Shown here in pieces: positions 39,261 to 53,502 of a stretch of 64,000 nt of DNA. The stretch comes from Psilocybe cubensis (Eukaryota): positions 806,001 to 870,000 of the forward strand of contig CM039000.1 of the NCBI GenBank assembly GCA_017499595.2. Direction: 5' to 3'. Position 1 is the first letter of the stretch, and each line of letters begins with the position of its first letter. The notes below the pieces were generated by a model. It worked only from the letters and a program-made list of their open reading frames with translations, had not been told where the DNA came from and did no database searches. Position numbers and translations under genes: made by a program.

Positions 39261-40626
39261 TTCTCGGTGATTTGATACATGGGTTACTGTTCTACTGACA
39301 TCGGGGTGTAAATCCCCGGAAACCCAAGCGGGCAGTAAGTCGAAGAGACAACTCAAAAATTCGATAAGACTCCGAGTGGAAGGCTGTCTCTTCTGACAGC
39401 CTCACTGACGGCACACGGCGGAGAGGGCAATGCGGTCTTCGTTGCGTATCGAGTAGATCAGTACATCTTGTATCATTACGTAGATTAATAGAATATTTCT
39501 CACCTTCGTTGCGTATCGAGTAGATGAGGCAACGAAGGTGATTATTTCCCTTTTTACTTTCTCGGCCTCAATTCCTCAACTGTTGCTTAGCGAGCCCGGT
39601 CTGGGTCTCGCGCTTTGGTGCGTTTTGTCTGCGTCGTGAGCCTGCAGGCTTACACCGAGTCGAGAGAGGGGCAGAGACTGTAAATTGAGGCGAGAGATAA
39701 GGGGGAAAACTAGAAAAGCTTGAACGAATATTCAGTATTTAGTACTTTAGTATTAGAGAAATTAGAGAAGTATGCATAACTTGAAAAGCTTTCACGGGTG
39801 ATGGCACTGGGTAATGAAAATCTCAGGGCAATTCCTTAATCTCTCCCTTATCTTATCCGTAGATGAATACGCCCACAAAGCCTCATCGACATCGTTGAAG
39901 TCCCCAACCAATTTGTTTTATTCCATTCCATTCCACTTTATTCAACTTTTATTTAATCGTAGAAATACACTATACCCACCCCCGGGCCTCCCCCTCCGCC
40001 CTTCCCCTTTTCAGGAATCCACAATTCCACAATTTTAACAGTCCACAGTCCATCACAACCACATAACCGCGCATTGCAAAAGTGGAACGGGGAGAAGGGG
40101 TTCGAGGTTCGAGAGGAGGAAAGTGGAGAGAAAAGGAGGGTAGAATTCTAATCGATCTAAACACCCAATATACACCTCCCACAACTCCACAAAAGAAGGA
40201 GAAGAGGGGACACGAGAAGAGGTGAGAAGAGAAGAGGACAGGATAGAAACATGACGACACAAAGACAAAAGACACAAACAAAAAAAAATGAACACAAAAC
40301 AAAAATTCGACGAACAATTTTTTGAGATAGAAATAAAAAAAGACTCGATATTTAATGTTAAATGTTGACGCTGCTGACGTTAATGTTTTTGACGCTGTTG
40401 ACGCTAATGTTGACGCTGTTGACGTTAATGTTCTTGTTCTTGTTGTTGATGCTTCCAATTGTCCAAATTGTGTAATGTCCATACCCATACCCATACCCTT
40501 CCTTATCCAACCTTATCAATATCCCCCTCCCCCTCCTCCCCCCCTCCTCGTATTTTCAATCTACTCAAACCCTCCTCCACCCCCTCCTATTTTCTTTTCT
40601 ACTCAACCCTTCAACCTACAACCCCC

Positions 40627-42353
40627 TCAAAGAATCTCAACACTCGCCCCACTCGTCTCCGCCCACTCCCCAAAGAGAAGACTAATACTCTCCCCATTAT
40701 GCGTCCTCCTAATACTCTCCGCAATCGTCGGGCTCACGTCGATTGTGATCAGCTTTTTGCATAGGTTCTGGTGCTGCTTTTGCGGGATCGTGTTGGTGAC
40801 CTTTGTATTGTAACATTTTGAATTTAGAAAAGTGGGCAAAGTGAAATGGGGGAGAGGGGGGAGGTGTAAGAGTGAGAGGAGGCAGGAGACAGGAGGGAAG
40901 AGGGAGGGAGGAAAAAAAACGCGTTAGCTTCCACCCACAAAAAAATAACATCAATTCACATACCACCAACAAATCAATAGGCAGCTCATCAATCATACTC
41001 ATATTCGTCTCCGAGAGCAGCCCTTCAGGAGCAAAAAGTACAAGGCAACGCAACGCAACGCAACAAAAAAAACGCAGGAAACCAAACCGTCAGCCTTCCA
41101 AGCAACACAAAGAAACAAAAGCGAACAACGGATAGCAGAGGATAGAATAGGGATAGGATAGCAGAGGATAGGATAGGAGAGAATAGGGAGAGGAGAGAAT
41201 AGGAGAAAAACGCACCATGCGAAATCAACGCATATATCGACTTTGCGCCCTTTTCATGGAGCGTTTTGACAGCCATCGTGAGCGTGTTGCCCGTATCGAT
41301 CATATCGTCCACCAGAATCGCTACCTGTCCATCATCATAAAATCATCATCATCAGTATCATCATCAGCATCATCCATCGTCATCACCAAAAAAAACGCGA
41401 AAAACGCCCGCATAACATAACACAGCATAACAGAAACAGCAGCACTGAACAGAAATATGTGCACACCTTATCCTGCACATCACCAACGAGAATCTCCATA
41501 TGCTCCGGCGCAGAGAGCGATTTCCCGTTTCGCTTTCGGTGGATGATGGCGAATTCGACGCCGAGTTTGTCAGCCATTGCAGTCGCACTATATAAATAGA
41601 GGTGTTCAAAGATACGTCAGTTCGAAAGCTCCGAAGATTCGAAACGAAGGAAGGAAAAGAAACGAAGGATTGAGCGGAGAACAAGAACAATAAACACACG
41701 CTAACCCACGCACCGTTTCGCACCGCCCGCATCAGGACTGACAATAATCCCATCCCTCCACCCCGCAATCTCCCTCTTGATATACCCAACCATCAACGGC
41801 TCCGACCACAAATTATCCACCGGAATATCAAAAAACCCCTGAATCTGACTCGCATGCAGATCCATTGTAATAACATGATCACACCCCGCCACAACCAGCA
41901 TATTCGCCACAAGCTTCGCCGTAATCGGCGCCCGACTCTTATCCTTCTTATCCATCCTTGCATACGGGAAACAAGGGATAACAGCCGTAATCCGCCTCGC
42001 CGACGCCGTCTTGCACGCTGAGATCAGAATGAGGAGTTCCATGAAGTTGTCGTTGACGTCGTCGCATCCGGACTGGATGATGAAGACGTCTTCGTCGCGC
42101 ACGGACTCGGAGATTTTGACGTTGATTTCGCCGTTGGAGAATTTTTTGACGGTGACGGGGACCAGGGGCACGTTGAGCCTGTTGGGTTGGGTTATGGAGG
42201 GATGCGCGACTCGTGGAGACGGGCTCACCGCTCGGCCACAGCTTGGGCGAGCTCGGGGTGGCTATTCCCTGTGTGTGGAATCAGGGGCTGGTCTCGCTGT
42301 ACCCCAACACAAAACATACCTGCAAGAATCCTGATAGAGTTGTTGTGATACAT
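40627..42353 (-). CDS. PRS: Ribose-phosphate pyrophosphokinase (PRPP synthetase, multi-exon)
   Basis: [104 protein letters not shown] and [10 protein letters not shown]. Confidence 0.96.
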
Positions 42354-42902
42354 GGCAGAACAGACAGAGACAACTTTGATAGACGACAATAAAAAAGATG
42401 AGAGGATATAAACTATTGCATAGATCAAGAAATAAAAGAAACAAATGGGTGGGTGCAAGTACAGAGAGAAGAAGAGGAGAAGAGGGGAAAAATCCGATCG
42501 GCTAAATGGAAAAACGAAAATTATCACAAGAATCACATTTATTTGGCTCTACACTGCTCCGCAAACATTACGCACAGCCACAGTGACTGCATTCCCCTCC
42601 CGCGAGCCAATACGGCGGGGCTGCTATTGGCTGCAGAGGTAACGGGGGCCTATTGGTATTAATCAATCAATCAGAGTGTAAGCAAGAGACCCAGTCGGAG
42701 ACGTAACGATCCATGGTCGGCTGAACGTAAGAAATTGTGCATACCGCACGTACATAGTCGGCGATCGGTGTTCGCACCCTTCCATTGAGCGATCTGATTA
42801 TAATCGAATTCGCAATTCAAGCAATACACCAGCACAATCCATTAACAAAAAATAGCATAACAATGCACAAAACTGGAACTGGAACTGCACAAAACTACAA
42901 AC

Positions 42903-44968
42903 TCAAACACCAACCCCCGACCGAATCGTAATATTCTCAACGACATACTCCGAATCCGCATATCCCAAAACGCGAGGCAGAAGCGCACTATCCAAAAAAA
43001 ACACATCAGCAATCCATCCCATAACACAATGCGCAATGACAGAGACTAACCTATTCAACCCTTTAACAGCCATAATCTGCGCAGAATTGTAATTCGCGAG
43101 TCCACGGCCAACTTCAATTACATCACTCTCGCTGATTTCCTTCTCCCTCTGCTTCTCCTCTCCCTCCCCCTCCTCAAACCTCGAACTCAACTCCTCCTCT
43201 TCCTCCCTCCCCCCCGCCAAAACAACAACCCTAACAGCCTGCCCCGCCGCAAACACCCCAACCACACCCAGCACCCCAACAGCCAACAACCGCCCCCCAC
43301 TCTCCCTCTTCGCCAACACCTCATACGCACCCCCATCAACCACCACGCTCCCCGACGGATTCAGCGTATTTCGCGTCCACGCTTTCAAATCGCGCAGCGG
43401 CGTAGGCGAAGCGAGGAACAGCGTATGCGGCGGACGCGGGAGGACGCGGTCTATGATTTTGAATACGTTTTGTGGGGATTGGCTTGTTGTGATTACTGTT
43501 GTTACTCCCGCTGCAGTTGCTATTTCCGCTGCGATTAGCTTGGTCTCCATACCACCCGTACCGAGACTTGATCCTAGCGTATTCGTACTGACTGCATCCA
43601 AAGAATAAAATTTAAAAAAATAAATGAAATAAAAAAAGAAACCACAACTCACCTTCCCGCCTAATCCCAGCAACACTCTCAACGACCTCAATCATCCTCG
43701 CACCGGGCTCCTTCCTCGGGTTCGCCGTATACAGCCCGTCCACGTCCGTCAATAGGAAGAGGTAGTCCGCGTGGATCATGGAGGAGGTTATAGCGGAGAG
43801 TGTGTCGTTGTCTCCGAATTTGATTTCCTGTTGGTTTGGATATGGATTTGCATTCGCATTTGTGTGACATACGAGTTAGCTTGGTGTAAAGAAAGAAAGA
43901 AAGGACAAGGAATATACGCACACTAACAGAAACTGTATCATTCTCATTCACAATCGGCACCACGCCCATACTCAACAGCTCATTGAGCGTGTTCACAGCG
44001 TTCAAATATCGCGTTCGCTAGATGTGAAAAAGATAAATTGGAGTGAGTATCGGTGAACGTTAAGAGAGATTGGGAAACAGGAAAAATAGGAATGGGCAGG
44101 TAGACAGAGATACATCGACACGACGCGTAAAACGAGAGCGCGCGCGCCTTCTCGAACAACAGCAAAAAGCAAGAACAACAGCAAAAAAAAAGAACAAAAA
44201 CAAAGACAAAAAAAACTCACATCAGAAATATCCCCCCTCGTCAAAAGAATCTGCGCAATAGGCTGTTCGAGCTGGCTGAACAGGTTATCCCACAGCGCTA
44301 TAAGTCTGCCTTGGCCGATGGCTGCTAGTGCCTGTCCAAGTCCAAGAGTAAAGTAATAAAAAAAGGAGGGGAAAGCATCAGCGTCAGCGTTCACAGTTCA
44401 TAGCTCGTATAAATCGAGACACGCACGAGCGTCACTCGACAGAACAAAAAAAACACACAAACGCACCTGTTTCCCAACAAGACTCCCCGGCCTCCTCTCC
44501 ATCCTCATCCTCCTCATCCCCACCCCAATCGCACCCGAGCTAACCAGCACAACGCGATGCCCGTGCCTTTTCAGATCGACGACGACTTCGACGATGGCGG
44601 ATAGTTTGGAGAGGAGGGGTTGGTGGGTTGTTTCGTGTACTATTGAGGATGTGCCTGTTGGTGGGGTGGGTGAGTATGGATGGGGTGAGTTATGTATGGA
44701 ACAGGGTGGAGGAGGGGATGGGGGGTGGAGGTGGTGGTGAGGAGGAGGAGGGGGATGAGTGGGTGTGCGCAGGAGGACGAGGGGGCGAGGGGGACGAGAA
44801 GGAGGGAGGAGGGATGAATCAACGCGTCTACAAACACTCACCGAGTTTAATCACGATCGTCTGCGGTGGCACACCGTTCCGCGGGAGGGTAGACGCGGGC
44901 GCCGGGGCGGGGGTGGTGGAAGGCGCGGGGGTCGCTGGTGATGGTGTCGGCGGTGACGGTGAATGCAT
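42903..44968 (-). CDS. PRO1: Glutamate 5-kinase, copy 1 (multi-exon)
   Basis: [72 protein letters not shown] and a PUA domain (GRGLANYNS). Confidence 0.95.
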
Positions 44969-45639
44969 ATCGTTGGTATTATGCTTATGGTCATGTGATT
45001 ACAATGTCAAAGTCAAGGAAAGGCGATGTGTGATGTCGGGGGTGCGGTAGTGGCAGTGCGTTAGTGTTGTCGGGGTGCGGTAGTGGTAGAAGAATGCCCT
45101 TTGCGATGGATGCGTGGTGGTGTGTGGTAGTGCCGACGGTGGTAATCAAGCTCCTAAGAACACCGCAAAGCAAAAAGCTAAAGTAAAGAAAAGGAAGAGT
45201 ATCAGCACTGAGCAAATCAAGTCAAAGATCGATGACGAACAAGAACGAGAACGAGATGTCGATGACGCCGAAACCAAAAAATTTAGCCGGTCGTAATAAA
45301 GAGTACGTACCGGTACAAGTAAGTACGCGTTCGAGTCCGCGTCCGAGTCCGAGCTATTCAACCCGAAGTGTTTGGTGACAATGTGTTTGGTGTCGGCGGT
45401 GACGGCCCGCTGTTTGGCAGGCAATCAGCTAGGCGCGTCAATCGTGTCTCAGTAGACTCGCCCAGTTCCTGCTTTGTTCACCCTCCTCTCAGCCGCCTGC
45501 ACCATGCATTCTCTCCTCCCATCCTCACTTAGCCGGCGTGTCGTGTAGGGCCCGACTTGCCTCTCTGCGCAGCGACGAGCGAGCGTTGGCGTCCGCGCGT
45601 CGTCGACTCGACATCTGTGGAAGTGGGTTAGCAGCGGTG

Positions 45640-48068
45640 CACTTCCAAGGTGCGTCAGTAGCTCGTTGTGATGCTTACCATTACTCATCGCACCACCGAT
45701 CCCTGTAGCCTGCCTCTCCTGTATCAGTAATCCCGCCCAATACTCATCAACCCCTCCCGCTCAGCGTCAACACTCTCCACCGCCTCGCATCCTCCGCAGT
45801 TCCGCCCATCGTATCCACTTTGACGACGCCCTCAGACGTTAGCATCTGTCCATCGATGAGCGGTTGCAACTTACTATTACAGTCTACCCCTATCATTGCA
45901 TCAATCCCGTGCCAGAACTCAATGGAGAACTGGAGGGTGCGCTTCCAAACTCGGTCAGTAAATTTCATGACAGTTATCGGGCAGCTGCTTACCCTCTTTC
46001 ATCGTGTCGCCACCCTATCCAGAAAGCATCGGATCAACAAGCACCCGCCGTCAGTTTCCTTCAACCCACCATGGCAGAGGAGCGGGATGGAACCCTCGGG
46101 ACGGCATCAAGACCGTCTCGAGTCCTTTGGCGTGGTTTCATTGCAGAGGCGGGCAGAGGAGATTGGCTAGGAGAAGGTGCGTCAGTAAATTACATGTCAG
46201 TTATCATGACTCTGCTTACCGTCGTTGCTGTTGCTTTTGAACTGTCCAGCAAGTATCAGATCAAGCATCACGCACCGTCAGTTGCCCTAGTACTAACCGT
46301 GTCCAACGCGTACCGTAAGAGCCAGCACGCATCGCCAATCACCCTCGACACTCGTATCAACCGTTATTTGCCATCAACAGTCGCAGCGGCCCGTCGAGAG
46401 CGAGGTGGATCAGTCAGGATGCATCAAGACCGTGTTTCGTCCCTCGCAGTCCACTCTGCATCGATGGCGAGAGGCACAGCTCGCTGTCGGGTGTGCCCAC
46501 GGCGTCCTTTTCATTGTTACAAAGGCGGGCGGAGGAGAATTGTCAGGTGAATCCACGTCCAAGGTGCGTCAGTACGTTGTATGGCAGTTATCCTACTGCT
46601 GCTTACCATCGTCGTTGTTGCTTTGACCTGTCCAGCAAATATTTTATCAACCAGCTCACACCGTCAGTCGACCTCAAAGCTCACCGTGGCCAGTGCGTAT
46701 TCTAACCATCAGCACTCATTATCAATCACCCTCAATACTCGTATCAACCACCATCCATCGCTATTCACCCACAACAATCGAGGCGGCCGAGAGATCGAGA
46801 GCGGGATGAAATAGTCGGGAGGCATTAAGGCCGTCTGTATCGTCCATCTCGGTATCAATGGCGAGGGGTGCCCCTTGCTGTTGGGTAGGGACCAGGCGTC
46901 GTTTTTGGTCGTTACAGAGGCGGGCAGAGGAGAATCACAAGGGGAATCTACGTCCAAGGTGCGTCAGGTAGATTTTATGACAGTCATCGGCTGCTTACCT
47001 CGTTTATCGTGTCGCCGTTCAGCCTATCCAGCAAGCCTCAGATTAACCAGCAAGCACCGTCAGTTGCCTTCAACACTCACCGTGGTACAAATATCGCATC
47101 GACCCGCATCCACCGTTATTCGCCATCAACAATCGCCGTGGCCGAGAGATCGTGAGCGGGATGAAATAGTCGGGAAGCATCAAGGCCGCGTATTGTCCAT
47201 CTCTGTATCAATGGCGAGGGGTGCCCCTCGCTGTTGGGTAGGGACCAGGCGTCATTTTTGGTCGTTACAGAGGCGGGCAGAAGAGAATCACAAGGGGAAT
47301 CTACGTCCAAGGTGCGTCAGTAGATTGTACAACAGTCATCGGCTGCTTACCTCGTTTATCATGTCGCCGTTCACCCTATCCAGCAAGCGTCAGATTAACC
47401 AGCAAGCACCGTCAGTTGCCCTCAACACTCACCATTGCACAGACCTTAGGAGCGGATTTGGAGTCCGGTGGATCCAACTTGGTGACAGAGGCGGGCGGAG
47501 AATCCACTTCCAAGGTATGTCAGTAAATACTTTGTCAGTTATTCTTCTGTTACTTACCATCGTTTATCGTGTCGACACCGTCTTGTACCTTTCCAGAAAC
47601 CTTCCTATCAACCCCACACGCTGTCAGTCGTCATGGCGGATGGGTCGAGAGGACGTCCTGTCAAGGTGCGTCGTCAGCGTTGTGCGTATCATAGGAGTGC
47701 TGACTCACAAAATCACGCCTTGTCTGTGCAGCGAGAAGCGGAGTGAGTAGCAGCGCGTCGTTGGGTGGGTGCAACTCACCGTTGCGGGCAGGGCGGGACA
47801 GGTTAGGAGGACGTTCTGTAGAGGTGCGTCGTCAGTGTTGAACTACCCAGAATCGCCTCGGCGTCGTGTCGATATCACTCACCGTCGCGTCAAACAACGC
47901 CTGTGGAGTACTCAACATCAGCGCCATCGAGAACCAGCCACAGAGCTTACCGTCTGCCCGAACGCGCCATCCAAGCCCAAAGAGAAAAGAAGAGGAGAGC
48001 TGAAGAGGCAGAGGAGAGTAGGCGGTGAGGGGATGAAGAATGCCAGCAAGGTGCGTGGTCTTTATATA
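45640..48068 (-). repeat. Tandem array (units about 230-390 bp) with repeated minus-strand intron signals; candidate spliced non-coding transcript, copy 1
   Basis: Recurring CCAAGGTGCGTCAG...GCTTAC and GTCAGTTG...ACTCAC read as GTAAGC/GTGAGT...CTGAC...YAG on the minus strand. TATATAAA on minus at 48061-48068. Confidence 0.7.
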
Positions 48069-51000
48069 CCCGCGTCGGGTTCTAGTACGCCTGTGGATAT
48101 GTCGTAAGTAGTCCGCAAAAATGAAATATACAGAATCTTTGTTTTTTTTTGGGTGTCGCTTGTTAGTGCGGATTCGGATTCGGGTTACGCGAGTGTGGTC
48201 CGATTGTCCGTGTGTGTCGAGATTGTAGATTCGATGTGATTCCTCCGTTTGCATTTGGGATAATTGAGAAACTGGGTGGTTGTGTTGTATGGGTTTCATG
48301 CTTTCGTTCGTTTGAGCTGATACGGATGCATTGCGCTCAACAGAGTATTATATCCAATTCAATACAAAATAAAGATTTGCAACACAACAAGACTCAAACC
48401 AGGACCATACAACCCATTGCACAAGTACTAGGTTCATGAAGTACGCCATTTCACCCGAAATACCAATAACGAGACTTCAGCACCAAATCCCCTCGAACAA
48501 CCTTCCACAATGTTCAAATGCTTCACGACTCGGGGAAACCAGTACGTACATTCAATCCACCACCCATACGTACGCTACACATAAACACATAAACCACACA
48601 TTCTAGCTCTCCCGGAGTGCGGACACTTGCTCTGTAGTCAACACCCGCAGAACTTGTCTTCTGCACAGCGACAGATTAATTGAACGCCGCTGTCTTCCTC
48701 CGATCTGACGTTATGGATAGCCGAGGTGGTGAAATTCCGGAACCGAAGGAAAAGGAAAGCGGTTGGAATGGGGTGGAATGCGGATTTGGGAGAGGAGGTG
48801 CAGATTTGGTTGGGAGGAAACTGTGTGAGATGTTTCGATGGTTCTGCGGGGTGGATGGTTTGGAGGGGTAGAGTTGAGAGGTATCGTTACCCCTGTTGGC
48901 TCTCTAGAGGTGTGTGTTTCGAGCAAAAGGTGTTATTTGCGCTGTATGTAGACATGCACGTTCTCGGCGCTTATTTGGAGTTGATACCCAGTACGAATGT
49001 TTTCATCACACTCCGAGCTCAGAAAGACTCAAAGACATACTCACATACTCAATAGGACTTACAATATCCCTTAGGGGCTACCCGACACTGAAAACCCATG
49101 TAAATCCGTTATTCCAGCAATGAGGGCATTCGGCTCAATAAACACACATGCAATACGAAACCAGACAAAACTTACGACTTTTCAACCTTCGATCCGAGCC
49201 CAGACACCAGCATAACACCATAGGTAACGTACCAAAACACCCTAAATCCCAGGAAGACACGGAAAACGCGCAGAATTGTACGGTACGTATAGTGGATTTG
49301 TGCATTCTGGCTGAAAATTGTCAGTGGTTGCTTTCATTTCCGACCTTCTAGGTTGGGTGACGGCAGCCTGGCCTAGCCGAGCAGGTCCCCGCTAGTGCCG
49401 GAAAAGACCAGGAAGAAGGGGAGTTGTTGGAAATGGGCTGTATTCGCGAATCGGGGGAGGGGGAGGATGTTGGTATGTACGTGAGTTGAAAATTTTGTTG
49501 AATTTTTTGGGATTGTTGACTTGGGGTTCACGATTTGAGTTGCGTGGTGTATAGTACTATTAACTGATATACAGGGATACTCGAGTAATGCCTTTTGAAT
49601 GGCTGAATTCACGCAATTCAGTCTGATGTCTATTCGGGCGCTTAACACTTTTTCAAATGTCCAACTTTTCTCAACACCCCAGGACTCAAATCTCGCTGCT
49701 CATCTACAACATTACATACTATTCTAACCCCTCGGCTCTCAAAAATTCCCCTAAACCTCCTCAAACTGCGGGAATGCGCGATTTACACCATTTCACGGCT
49801 CGACGTGAACAACTCCAAATTGCCGACTTTTCCTTGCACCACGGCACATCATCTCTTCAACCACGCATCACTACATCTATACGCATCCGCCAAACCGCCT
49901 CAAATGGCGAGTATGCAGCAAACGGCCGCGGTACGCATGCCACGTTGTTATTACACTCCCGTACGGTATCCAATCAAGTCCGTTCTTCTGGCCTCTGGAG
50001 CACCGAGTCACAACGTTATTCGCGAGCCGAAGAGTGCTAGGCTAATCTATAATAAGGTCCAGATAGAATGGAAACGACTGAAACAACGTAAATTGACGTA
50101 TCGGGGGAGGAGGAGAATGTCATTGGTTTGTATGTCAAACAAATGTCATTGCTTCCTGTGAGTGATTTCGGACTATTCTAGGTAATATATCAGTACTGGT
50201 ACACCATACCCTGCCTGTGAGCTTGTTGTAATCTATGCTCTGCGGATGAAATTGTGTGAAGTCAATTTTAGGACGAGTACTTGAAAATTCACAAGAGATT
50301 TCAATTTATTCTATTAGTTACAAGTGCATTTTGTCGTATTGTCTTCTATTCACACTCTATGGTACACTATTCAACTCACAGATGCATTATAGAGGTCAAA
50401 CTACCGTGAATTTGACTGCCACGTCATTGTGTTTTGCTCAATCCTCCGAAACTTCAGAGTCTCGATACTGGTCGCTGAACATTGCGATGGCTCCGAGCAG
50501 CCGAGGCGCTAGCCTCATTGGGCTAAAAACCTGCCATAGACTCCAGTTAGACTTGAAATTTGCGCTCAAGAACGGAACAGGGGCTTGAGGAACCCCTGCA
50601 CGAGTTATTTAAGTATCCGTTTCCGAGACGGATTTTCGGCCGCAGAGTGTAATGAATGAGCATCGAAGCGGGTATATCAAATCTATACAATGCTACAGAT
50701 AGTCAGCGAGTATATGGATGCAGCCTGATTTACCGCTATGCCCACCAACCATTTCTGTCAAGTAGATATTGAGATTGTGTCATTTTTACAGGTAAAGCGA
50801 GTCAGAGTTATATTTAACTCCCATGAAAACAGATTCAAATACAATCGCTACAACGAAACTGACCTTCAAACGCAGTAGAAAGCTCTCCAGCAAACACTTA
50901 CGTAAATGTGGGCCTGGATTGTTGTTCAGCCCAGATTTAAAATTAGGCTTGAATCGAGGATCGTGAATCAGGAATCATGATGACGCAGATCGGGCGCTAG

Positions 51001-51809
51001 CGCGACTATTCCAAAAGCGGGTTTCAAAGGAAGCAGCGGCGCTTATTGCTTGTTACGAAAATGTGCGTCATTAGATTAAACAGCTCAGCTGCCCTGACAC
51101 GCGTTCGACGCGTCGCGTCGAGTTCAGGTGACTTTGCTATTTTTTAAACCGTTTCGCGTTTAGGGGTTCAGCGTGTCATACTGGCGTTCAGGGTCTTTTT
51201 CCCCGCTGGAATTGTGGATGAGACGCGTTGCGTCACATTCAGGATACCTGAATGCTGAATATGCATTATGCGCGTGTTGTGCCAGCGGTACAGGACGTTA
51301 TTTTGGACGTGAATGCACGTAATGTTGTGAAGCAACGTTCAACAAAACTACGGGCTTCTACACGAAAGTGGATCTCCGGGTCTAGCAAAATGATACGAGT
51401 TTACTAGGATGGAAGACGGCTGTTCCGGTGCTTGAGCAGGGATTGTACCCAGTATTGTAATAATAAATTTGTGGATGTGGACAGATTTCGGACATTTGTA
51501 GCAGGATCTTTTGCCTTAGAATTCAAGTTGGATAGCAAACAGGGAAGCGGAATCACTCATATTCATGGACTCCTAAGAGTCAAGTTATGGCATTCCATAA
51601 AATAAATTTTACACTTCGTAAACGAAGTTGGAGTGAAGCGAAGACTAGTCTAATTGATGAAGCTACAGAATGAGGTGATGTGCCAGCAAAAATACAACGT
51701 GACCTTGAAAACTTGGAAAAAAAGAGTATAAAGAGGGAATGGAATTTTGTGAACCCCAGCCGTGCATTATGCCCTAATGCTGGACGTGTTTTTCTTCGAC
51801 GCGCACCCA

Positions 51810-51940
51810 TCCTCGTCGTTGCCTCCCTCGTCGTGCACCCGCCTTGTCATGCACCCTCCTCATCGTGCACCATCCTCATCGTGCACCTTCCTCGTCGTGC
51901 ACCTTCCTCGTCGTGCACCTTCCTCGTCGTGCACCTTCCT
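51810..51940. repeat. Minisatellite of roughly 16-18 bp units (CTTCCTCGTCGTGCAC-like)
   Basis: About seven degenerate copies; counterpart near 62597-62711. Confidence 0.85.
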
Positions 51941-52299
51941 TGGTGTTGTGTTCTTCCTATGCCATGGTCCGGTTTCTCAGGCATACTCTGTGATCCGCAA
52001 TGTAAGTGTTATATGTTTCAAAGATGTATATAGTACTAACGATGGAAGCAGAATCAAAGTGGAGATTTGGACGTCCGGTGAATGCTCGTGAAGGAATGCA
52101 CGGGAACCAAGAGGTATGAGACTTTATGTGTAGTGTTGAGAACATGTACTAACTTTGTATTAGTTGCATCTCAAAGCTACGCGTTGATATTTGCATCTGA
52201 CAATAGAGGGCCGTGGTATGGGTAAGTGTCTTGCTATTCAGAGTGCTAGACACGCGTCTAACTGTTTTTCGTAACCCAGATTGCTCCGATGCGATGCAT

Positions 52300-53270
52300 T
52301 TCTTTCCCGCGAGCATGCCCAAATGTGTCCGCCGAGCTAAACTCCTCGTCCCAAACTCGTGCACCACCAAATTATGCCCTGACGCTATGTATCGTCGTCC
52401 GGCGAGCTGGACCCTCCATCTTGCTTGTCCCAACTCTGTGCAACGAAATGTATGCCCCAACAAGATATATCGTCTTCCGGCGAACAGGATCTACCCCACT
52501 CCTTATCCAGTTATGCCCCGACGCTATATATCGCCGCCCGGAGAACTGGACCCTCCCCTTGCTTGTCCCAACACAATATATCGTCTTCCGGCAAGGAGGA
52601 ACCACCCCACTCCTTGTCCAAATATGCCCCGACGCCATGTATCGCCGTCCGGCGAGCAGGACACTCCCCTTGCTTGTCCCAACACGATATCTCGTCTTCC
52701 GGCGAGCAGGAACGACACCATTTCTCATGCAGAAGTTTTATAGGCGCCTATCTATGCCCCGACGCCATGTATCGCCGTCCGGCGAGCTGGACGCACCTCC
52801 TCCCTCATCCTGAATTCATGTGCAACCAGTAGCTATGCCCCAACGTCGTGCAGCCTCTTTGGAGGCAGTGCTATGCTCGCACCCAACCTATCGTCGTCCG
52901 GCGAGATGTATTGCTGTCCGCCGAACTGGATACACCCTACTCTTCACCCAGCACCCTCGAATCATCCCCCTATGGCGTCCGGCGAACACGACACATCGTT
53001 ATCCGGGGAATTATGACCCAGTGCATCCAACATGGTGCCACCCGGCGAGCAGGACTCACCCGAGTCACCCCGCTATGCTCTGACACAACATATTGGCGTC
53101 CGGCGAACACGACATGTCATCGTCCGGGGAGTTTTGACCCAGGGGTATGCTCCAACGCAACGTATTGTTGTTGTGCGAGCTGGACCCACTCCCATCCTCG
53201 TCCAAATGTCTTGTCCCAACCCATGGCCCTCGAACCCTCTGACACGACGTATTGGCGTTCGGTGAGGTGG
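52300..53270. repeat. Degenerate minisatellite array (core TATCGCCGTCCGGCGAGC)
   Basis: Repeated ATGCCCCGACGC...TATCGyCGTCCGGCGAGCwGGAC units of about 45-60 bp; counterpart near 63130-63930. Confidence 0.85.
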
Positions 53271-53502
53271 CCTACAGTGAACCCAGTGGAATGAAGTTAC
53301 GCACCTTTGAAGAACACGTATGACGTGTCGCCATCCCGTCCCGCCGTTCAAGTTTGCGACCCGTCGTCGTGGTTGTGTGGCAAGAAGGACGTTTGTCCCG
53401 TGACGCGACTTGCGAGTAAGTGATTCCACCTTGTGCTGACTTGAATTTCTAGATATGAGACTGAGACCCGGTGAGTGATTTCCCTGTAGATAGACCGGTT
53501 AC

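Noticed and set aside
45640-48068. Repeat arrays as a CRISPR-like locus
   Set aside because: Eukaryotic context, no cas genes, and the sequences between motifs are homologous to one another rather than unique spacers.
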